Under the pieces are notes generated by a model that searched no databases, was not told the origin of the DNA, and was given only the letters and a program-made list of their open reading frames with translations. Source: an uncultured bacterium (GTDB lineage Bacteria; Hydrothermota; Tepidihabitantia; Tepidihabitantales; Tepidihabitantaceae). Taken from it: a stretch of 50,039 nt of DNA. The DNA lies in contig CAZQFS010000001.1 in NCBI GenBank assembly GCA_964592755.1, forward strand, positions 41,731 through 91,769, given 5' to 3'. Both the position numbers and the translations under genes were made by a program. Below are positions 45,008 through 50,039 of the stretch, piece by piece; position 1 is the stretch's first letter, and every line of letters begins with the position of its first letter.

Positions 45008-45217
45008 ATGAAGACTCTGGATGAGATAATCGAATCAACGAAGGAACTGCCTGAGGAGTTGCAGGCCGAGGTCAGGGACTTCGCGCGCTACCTTCGAGAC
45101 ACCCGGATTCCGAAGTCCCCCGGCAGAATGAAGCTAACGTGGCGGGGAGCTTTGCGGAGCCTTCGCGGCCGCTACACCTCGGTGGAACTCCAGCACAAGA
45201 GTCTCGGGTGGTGGTAA
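45008..45217 (+). CDS. Antitoxin (DUF2281/VapB-like) of a PIN toxin
   Basis: MKTLDEIIESTKELPEELQAEVRDFARYL...KLTWRGALRSLRGRYTSVELQHKSLGWW, the pattern I recall for DUF2281-type antitoxins. Directly upstream of a PIN gene. Confidence 0.7.
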   Translation: MKTLDEIIESTKELPEELQAEVRDFARYLRDTRIPKSPGRMKLTWRGALRSLRGRYTSVELQHKSLGWW

Positions 45218-45219
45218 CG

Positions 45220-45705
45220 GTGTACCTACTCGATACGTGCATCCTGCTCGAGTATCTCCTTGACCAAGCAAAGGCTGATGAAGTAGAGGAATTCCTTCTC
45301 GGAGCATCGGGCACGATGTGCATTACCGAATTCTCTCTCTACTCTATCGGCATCAACATGCTGCGACAGAAACTGGCGGACCGGTTCATCGAGTTCGCTG
45401 ATGACGTGCTTGTCGCCGGGCAGGTTAGGTTGCTCAGGCTTGGACCATCGGACATGGCAGCCGTCGCCGGGGCGGCGCGGCGCTTCGGATTCGACTTCGA
45501 CGATGCCTACCAGTACGTCGCGGCGGAAAAGCACGACCTGACGTTGGTCAGCTTCGACGCCGACTTCGACCGGACCGACCGCGGACGAAAGACGCCTGCG
45601 GACATACATGGTGAGCCACCCATCGCTCGCGACAAGCCCGCGCAGCAGCGGGCGGGCAAGCCGCGGACCAAGCCTGCCCGCGGACGCCGAAGCCGCAAGC
45701 CGTGA
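45220..45705 (+). CDS. vapC: PIN-domain toxin (VapC-like) with a basic C-terminal extension encoded by the repeat
   Basis: VYLLDTCILLEYL (first Asp), CITEFSLYSI (Glu), FDFDDAYQYVAAE (Asp), LVSFDADFD (Asp). Start is GTG 45220 or 45208. The last about 40 aa (Arg/Pro/Lys-rich) run into repeat copy 2, and the stop codon lies inside the 37-nt core. Confidence 0.75.
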   Translation: MYLLDTCILLEYLLDQAKADEVEEFLLGASGTMCITEFSLYSIGINMLRQKLADRFIEFADDVLVAGQVRLLRLGPSDMAAVAGAARRFGFDFDDAYQYVAAEKHDLTLVSFDADFDRTDRGRKTPADIHGEPPIARDKPAQQRAGKPRTKPARGRRSRKP

Positions 45706-45790
45706 ACCGCTGAGAATCAGCGGGCCCGCGCCGGCCACGACGTTGATATCTCCGGTCGTGCCGCCCATATTGGAGCCATGCCAATCCTGC
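45668..45790 (+). repeat. Copy 2 of the 113-bp-period repeat (end of A, then blocks B-A)
   Basis: The same 37-nt core occurs at 45683-45719 (37/37 identical). Block A at 45727-45784 matches copy 1 at 54/58 nt. The ccaa[g/t]cc landmark recurs at 45668 and 45781 (period 113). Confidence 0.7.
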
Positions 45791-46041
45791 CCTGTCGGCA
45801 GACCGAGAAGCTCATGCGGCAGATCGCTCCCACGCGAGACCTGCTCACTGAGCTGGACACAAAGCACCCTGACATTCTGCGCGCCGAGGGCATTGTGCCT
45901 GCCGACTATCGCGGAGCATGGTGTTCCGTTCCGCAATCGAGAGCAATCGCGGTACGTTCGCGGCCACAACAAGCCCATGCGCGGTTCGCTTGCCCCGCGA
46001 GGTGACGAGGGAGCAAGCTGCGAGCCTTTGTTCGCACCAGT

Positions 46042-46069
46042 TTGACCTTCGCATCTGACATCTTATAAT
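46042..46069 (+). promoter_or_regulatory. Sigma70-like promoter TTGACC-16nt-TATAAT placed for a leaderless transcript
   Basis: -35 at 46042-46047 and -10 at 46064-46069. ATG of the downstream gene at 46077 is separated from the -10 by 7 nt, and no SD is possible. Confidence 0.5.
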
Positions 46070-46076
46070 ACCGCTG

Positions 46077-47126
46077 ATGCCTAAGCCAGACGACCTGTAC
46101 GCATCCGCAGTCCTCTTCTGGCCCAAAGCACTGGTTGAACGCGAGGCGTCCGTCAGCACGATTCCACTTCTGCTTGAAACGCAGGACCAGTTCATAAGCC
46201 TCCTCAACATCTCCGACGCTGCACCCGACGCGTGGCAGAAGGCGCTCACGGCCTCCAAGTCCTTGTCGGCGAACCTGTTCCTCAAACATCTGATGGTCAT
46301 TTCAGACGTAGGCGGGGAGTTGCTCCAGCGACTCAGAACTGAGCTGGCAAAGGCCTTTCCTAAGGGAGTCATGACCTTTGGCTGGAAGGGGCAGCCACAC
46401 AGCTACTGCTTCAAGGCCGTGCTCACTCAGAAGAGGCTCGACAACAAGACCTTGGCAGTTGACGGTCCAAGCCTGGTGCACCCGCGGCAACTTACTGATG
46501 TCATGGTGGACGTAGCGATGCTGCTCCTGCACGGCGCCGCCAGTGTGGACCCGCTGGTCCCTGCTCCGATCAAGGAGAAGTGCGTAGTCGGCGGTCTGAT
46601 GGGACAGAAGCAGGAGTTGGTCACGTTCGTCAAGCAACGCTACATACTCGTCAGCCGGATCACGCAGGGTGCCAGATCCAACACTCTTGGGCAACTGGCT
46701 CAGGACCTTGTGAAAGAGACGCTGGAAGGGCTGTTGGAGGGCTGGAAGTTCACACGCAACGGCACTATCCCGGGGATAAGCCAGACCGGTGGGCTCACCG
46801 ACATCGGCTTCGACATCGTCGCCAGGTCACCGAAGGGCAGGTATGTGGCGATAGAAGTGACTTTTCAGGTGACCACGAACAGCGTCATCGAGCGCAAGGC
46901 CGGGCAAGCCGAGGCAAGAGCGAAGGTTCTGCACGCGGCGGGGCACCGAATTGCGTACGTCATCGATGGAGCCGGCAACTTCCAGCGTCAAGCCGCACTG
47001 CGTACGATCTGCCAGTTCAGCGACTGCGCAGTCACCATAAGAGAGGACGAATTGGCGAAACTCGCGCAGTTCCTGCGTGCTGCTGATGATTCGGCAGCCA
47101 CGAAGTCCAAGCCCGGGCGCAACTGA
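46077..47126 (+). CDS. Putative type II restriction endonuclease (PD-(D/E)xK-like core)
   Basis: 349-aa ORF translationally coupled (TGATG) to a DNA methyltransferase. Candidate catalytic core GFDIVARSPKGRYVAIEVTFQVTTNSVIERK (D ... E-x-x ... E-x-K). Family and specificity not recognised. Confidence 0.55.
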   Translation: MPKPDDLYASAVLFWPKALVEREASVSTIPLLLETQDQFISLLNISDAAPDAWQKALTASKSLSANLFLKHLMVISDVGGELLQRLRTELAKAFPKGVMTFGWKGQPHSYCFKAVLTQKRLDNKTLAVDGPSLVHPRQLTDVMVDVAMLLLHGAASVDPLVPAPIKEKCVVGGLMGQKQELVTFVKQRYILVSRITQGARSNTLGQLAQDLVKETLEGLLEGWKFTRNGTIPGISQTGGLTDIGFDIVARSPKGRYVAIEVTFQVTTNSVIERKAGQAEARAKVLHAAGHRIAYVIDGAGNFQRQAALRTICQFSDCAVTIREDELAKLAQFLRAADDSAATKSKPGRN

Positions 47127-48934
47127 TGCCGCACCAAAGCGAAGCCTGCACTCGACTCCGACTCGAGAGTCGAATAATCAAGAAGCTTGCCGACATGTCC
47201 ACACGCAGTGACAGCATGACCCCCACCGCCTACCTGCTTTGGTTTCCCAGTGGTAGAACGGATGGCGACGCGGCGGAGAGCAAGGACGCGCTCGCCGAGT
47301 TGCTGCAGTTTGCCTCGGGCCTACACGAAGAGTCGGTGGTGTGCATTCTCACCACACCACCCGACGCCGCCCGCCTGACGTCAATACTTGGCGGCCAACT
47401 TAGATTCCAGCTCTGGGTGGCCGTGAAGACCAACCATGACCCCGAAGCAACATCCGCCGGCATGCTGGCAAGGCGCCACGTCGCGCTCCTCGTGTACTCC
47501 CGCTATCCCGGTTCACTCAACCACACCAAGACCCGCATCGCATACACCTACTGTGCTGCGTGCGGACGGACCACGAAGGACTACGGTGGCAAGAAGCACC
47601 TTTATCATGAGTATGGCACTCTTCTGTCCGACGTTTGGCGAGACATAAGCTGTGACCCCGCTTGCGATATCCGTGCCGTGGTTGACCGGCTGCGGGATCT
47701 GTTCGGCCTAGCACCGTATCGCGCCCTCCACCTGCTCGACCTCCGAGAGTGTCGCGAGCTCCAGCCTGGGCGGGCGATTGTGGCGGTGGCTGAGGAATGT
47801 CTGGTGCGCTCGGAAGTCGGCGATGCCATTCCGGTGGGCTCGGAGCTGGTCAAGGGCGACTGCCTTGAAGTCCTCCAGTCTCTGCCTGAGAACTCCGTGG
47901 ACCTCTGCTTTGCAGACCCGCCATACAATCTGCGAAAGAAGTACGACCGGTGGGATGACTCGCTTGAGTCCGTCGAGTACTTCTCCTGGTGCGACCGATG
48001 GCTATCCGAACTCGCGCGCGTGCTGAAGCCGGGCCGCACACTCGCAGTGGTGAACATTCCCCTATGGGCCGCGCGCCACCATCAACACCTGTGCTCGATT
48101 CTCTCCTACCAGAACTGGATTGCCTGGGACGGCCTCGGCTTCCCGGTGCGGATGGTCATGCCCGCTCACTACGCCATCCTCTGCTTCTCGAAGGGTCCGC
48201 CGCGTCCTCTCCCAGGGCTCGACCCCAAGGTCGCCCGGACTCCCGATTCTGCTAACCTGCAGTCGCTCCTGGACGGCTACTGCGCGAGACCGGGCTGCAT
48301 GGCTCTGCGGAGATACCGGGGCACGAAGGATGCCGAACTCATCACCGACCTGTGGGCCGACATTCACCGCCTCAAGCACAACAGCCGGCGAGTGGACCAC
48401 CCGTGTCAACTACCGCCAAGACTCATGCGCCGGCTCATTGCGCTGTTCACACAGCGGGATGAACTCGTGTTGGACTGCTTCGACGGCGCCGGGACTACGA
48501 CTCTGGTGGCACACCAGATGGGGCGCAGGTTCTTCGGAATCGAACTGTCAGAGCAGTATCACAAGCTCGCACTCACGCGCCACCAGCAGGTGGTGCGCGG
48601 CGAAGACCCGTTCGGGAAACGGGACGAGGTCCCGACCAGCAAGAACAGCCCGGTCCAGCGTCTGCCGAAGCAGAACTACTTGGTCAGCAAGAAGACGTTG
48701 CAGCTCGAGGTCCGCAGGATAGCCCACCAGCTTGGTCGCCTGCCGACGAGAGACGAAGTCCGCGCATTGTGCAAGTATCCGGTTGAAATGTACGACAAGT
48801 ACTTCGTGAGTTGGGGCGAGGTCTGCGCTGCCGCGCGTACGACCGGAATGACCGAGTATCCCAAGGCGCTGAGCAAGCGTGAAAAACAGCAGGTGCTTGC
48901 CTTCGACCGGCGCGCTACACGCCAAAGACCATGA
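47126..48934 (+). CDS. DNA methyltransferase, beta-class N4/N6 (DPPY), with a degenerate N-terminal methyltransferase-like duplication
   Basis: Active half: VDLCFADPPYNLRKKYD (motif IV), DHPCQLPPRLMRRLIALFT, VLDCFDGAGTTTLVAHQMGRRFFGIELS (motif I). N-terminal about 215 aa parallel this half with the motifs destroyed (see finding). Confidence 0.85.
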   Translation: MPHQSEACTRLRLESRIIKKLADMSTRSDSMTPTAYLLWFPSGRTDGDAAESKDALAELLQFASGLHEESVVCILTTPPDAARLTSILGGQLRFQLWVAVKTNHDPEATSAGMLARRHVALLVYSRYPGSLNHTKTRIAYTYCAACGRTTKDYGGKKHLYHEYGTLLSDVWRDISCDPACDIRAVVDRLRDLFGLAPYRALHLLDLRECRELQPGRAIVAVAEECLVRSEVGDAIPVGSELVKGDCLEVLQSLPENSVDLCFADPPYNLRKKYDRWDDSLESVEYFSWCDRWLSELARVLKPGRTLAVVNIPLWAARHHQHLCSILSYQNWIAWDGLGFPVRMVMPAHYAILCFSKGPPRPLPGLDPKVARTPDSANLQSLLDGYCARPGCMALRRYRGTKDAELITDLWADIHRLKHNSRRVDHPCQLPPRLMRRLIALFTQRDELVLDCFDGAGTTTLVAHQMGRRFFGIELSEQYHKLALTRHQQVVRGEDPFGKRDEVPTSKNSPVQRLPKQNYLVSKKTLQLEVRRIAHQLGRLPTRDEVRALCKYPVEMYDKYFVSWGEVCAAARTTGMTEYPKALSKREKQQVLAFDRRATRQRP

Positions 48935-49109
48935 CCGAGTCGCGCCTGCGCGTTCTTCACCCCGTCCTCCTTCTACCTTCCTCGTTCTCCATTCTCGCAT
49001 TCCTACCCGCCGCCGCACCCGCACCCCCAGGGTCGAGAAGATTCTGGTGCCAAAGAAACGGGCCGATTCTATCCGCACTGCCGACAGAGAGTCCAGCAGC
49101 GTCGCCGAC

Positions 49110-49394
49110 GTGCCACGCCGCCGGAGAGTCGCAGGTCGTGAGCCTCGTCTTACGACCGGTTGGCATTCAACTGCAACTGGGGGACTGGTCACGGGCAACT
49201 CGCGCGTCGAGCGCGCCCGGGAATACTCCGACCCGGACCATTCCGAGAGTGAGGAGCGCTTCATTCTGCTGGGCATGAGCCGTCGCCTGCGGGTTCTGGT
49301 CATATGTCACTGTTACCGCGAGAGCGAGTCCGTCATACGAATCATGTCGGCACGCAGGGCCGACAGAAGCGAGGAAGAAGAGTACTGGAGATGA
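49110..49394 (+). CDS. brnT: BrnT-like (DUF497) toxin; N-terminus diverged or uncertain
   Basis: C-terminal two-thirds match the family pattern: DPDHSESEERFILLGMSRRLRVLVICHCYRESESVIRIMSARRADRSEEEEY. Start is unclear (GTG 49110 proposed). The usual FEWD...KHG N-terminal motif is not recognisable. Confidence 0.5.
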   Translation: MPRRRRVAGREPRLTTGWHSTATGGLVTGNSRVERAREYSDPDHSESEERFILLGMSRRLRVLVICHCYRESESVIRIMSARRADRSEEEEYWR

Positions 49395-49398
49395 GCTT

Positions 49399-49632
49399 AT
49401 GAGAGCGCACTATGACTTTGCCGGAATGAAGGGGCGGAAGAACCCGTATGCGCGGCGGCTGAAGCAGTTCGTCACGATTCGACTCGACCGTCCCTCGATT
49501 GAGTACTTCCGGGACCTTGCGGCAAGGACCGGGCTGCCTTACCAGAGTCTGATCAACCTGTATCTCAGGGACTGTGTCGAGCACCGGCGCCGGCCGTCGC
49601 TGCGGTGGGTTTCTACGGCCACCGCTGATTGA
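49399..49632 (+). CDS. brnA: BrnA-like antitoxin
   Basis: MRAHYDFAGMKGRKNPYARRLKQFVTIRLDRPSIEYFRDLAARTGLPYQSLINLYLRDC, the BrnA pattern (VTIRLD ... YQSLIN). Lies 4 nt downstream of brnT. Confidence 0.75.
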   Translation: MRAHYDFAGMKGRKNPYARRLKQFVTIRLDRPSIEYFRDLAARTGLPYQSLINLYLRDCVEHRRRPSLRWVSTATAD

Positions 49633-50039
49633 CCCGACGGCCGCCAAGTCAAGTCTCGCTGACGCAATGAGAGATTCCTGACGCAACGTCATTCCAGATG
49701 GCAGGCGCGCTCCGCGCGAGTCTGCAGGTCGCGGTATAGGACTTCGCACTTTGGACGTCCAGCCTCTGGCTTCATACGTCTTGCCTGGGCCGCTCCCGTG
49801 ACCTGATGCGAGCCGGGCTTCGGCCGCGGTCTTGCCGCGAGTGTCAGGTCGCCGGTCAATGCCCGAGGCCCAAGCCTTATGACTAATCAACGCGGAAGTG
49901 TTGAATGGCCGAGCCTTGGCGTTCCTTTGACTTCGCTCAGGACAAGCCTTGGCGGTTGTCTTGCTCGAAACCCGAGGGACACTTCCCATGTTTCGTGCCT
50001 GTGCCAAGGCGCGGTTCCGGGCCGGGTTCATCAACCGGT

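Noticed and set aside
44566-45790. The 113-bp repeat as a coding repeat. The peptide WHGSNMGG(M/T)TGD(V/I)..VVAGA appears on the minus strand in both copies.
   Set aside because: The period is 113 nt, not divisible by 3. The B blocks fall in different frames in the two copies, and the ORFs carrying them are otherwise junk-like. The unit is treated as a non-coding repeat, although a very decayed repeat-protein pseudogene cannot be excluded.
1-50039. CRISPR arrays, rRNA or tRNA genes, IS elements or integrases.
   Set aside because: By eye I found no regularly spaced short direct repeats, no transposase or integrase motifs in any long ORF, and no cloverleaf candidates. A covariance-model scan could still reveal small RNAs I cannot see.
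49640-50039. ORF 49342-50034(-), and strings such as ttgacttcgctcaggacaag that resemble dispersed repeat elements seen in some uncultivated lineages.
   Set aside because: The ORF overlaps brnA/brnT antisense and has junk composition. With only one copy in the window, a repeat-family claim cannot be supported.

Overview
High-GC bacterial chromosomal segment. C-terminal T9SS-type sorting tails on two secreted proteins suggest an uncultivated FCB-superphylum lineage. No rRNA, tRNA, CRISPR array or transposase was recognised. The window has three parts. (1) nt 1-10.2 kb is a defence island built on a type I restriction-modification system (hsdR ... hsdS ... hsdM, all + strand) that two inserted modules have split open. 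The first module lies between hsdR and hsdS: an XRE-HTH/ImmA-IrrE metallopeptidase fusion, a PIN-like protein and a PD-(D/E)xK nuclease-like protein. The second lies between hsdS and hsdM: a SPARTA-like pair (TIR-APAZ plus a catalytically dead short prokaryotic Argonaute) with overlapping or abutting start/stop codons. A diverged relic of a second hsdR 3' end (3372-3443) marks a recombination seam. The island ends next to an RNase P RNA gene (rnpB, minus strand, about 10866-11240), which the ORF track covers with spurious ORFs. (2) nt 11.3-43.7 kb is mostly housekeeping. It holds a radical SAM enzyme, purF, a tightly coupled four-gene membrane operon of unknown function, an ECF sigma/anti-sigma pair, and a 13-kb HdrCBA/MvhD-type cluster. 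That cluster includes a 1489-aa HdrA-GltD-HdrA chimera and a 1030-aa tandem HdrA. The same stretch also carries recA-recX, T9SS-tailed secreted proteins, a DUF2207-like membrane protein and an ADP-ribosylglycohydrolase. (3) nt 43.8-50.0 kb is a second small defence/addiction islet. It has a vapBC-like module bracketed by a permuted 113-bp repeat with a 37-bp identical core. It also has a type II R-M pair, whose methyltransferase carries a degenerate N-terminal copy of itself, and a BrnT/BrnA module. All calls come from reading the sequence and ORF translations by eye. No database search was run.
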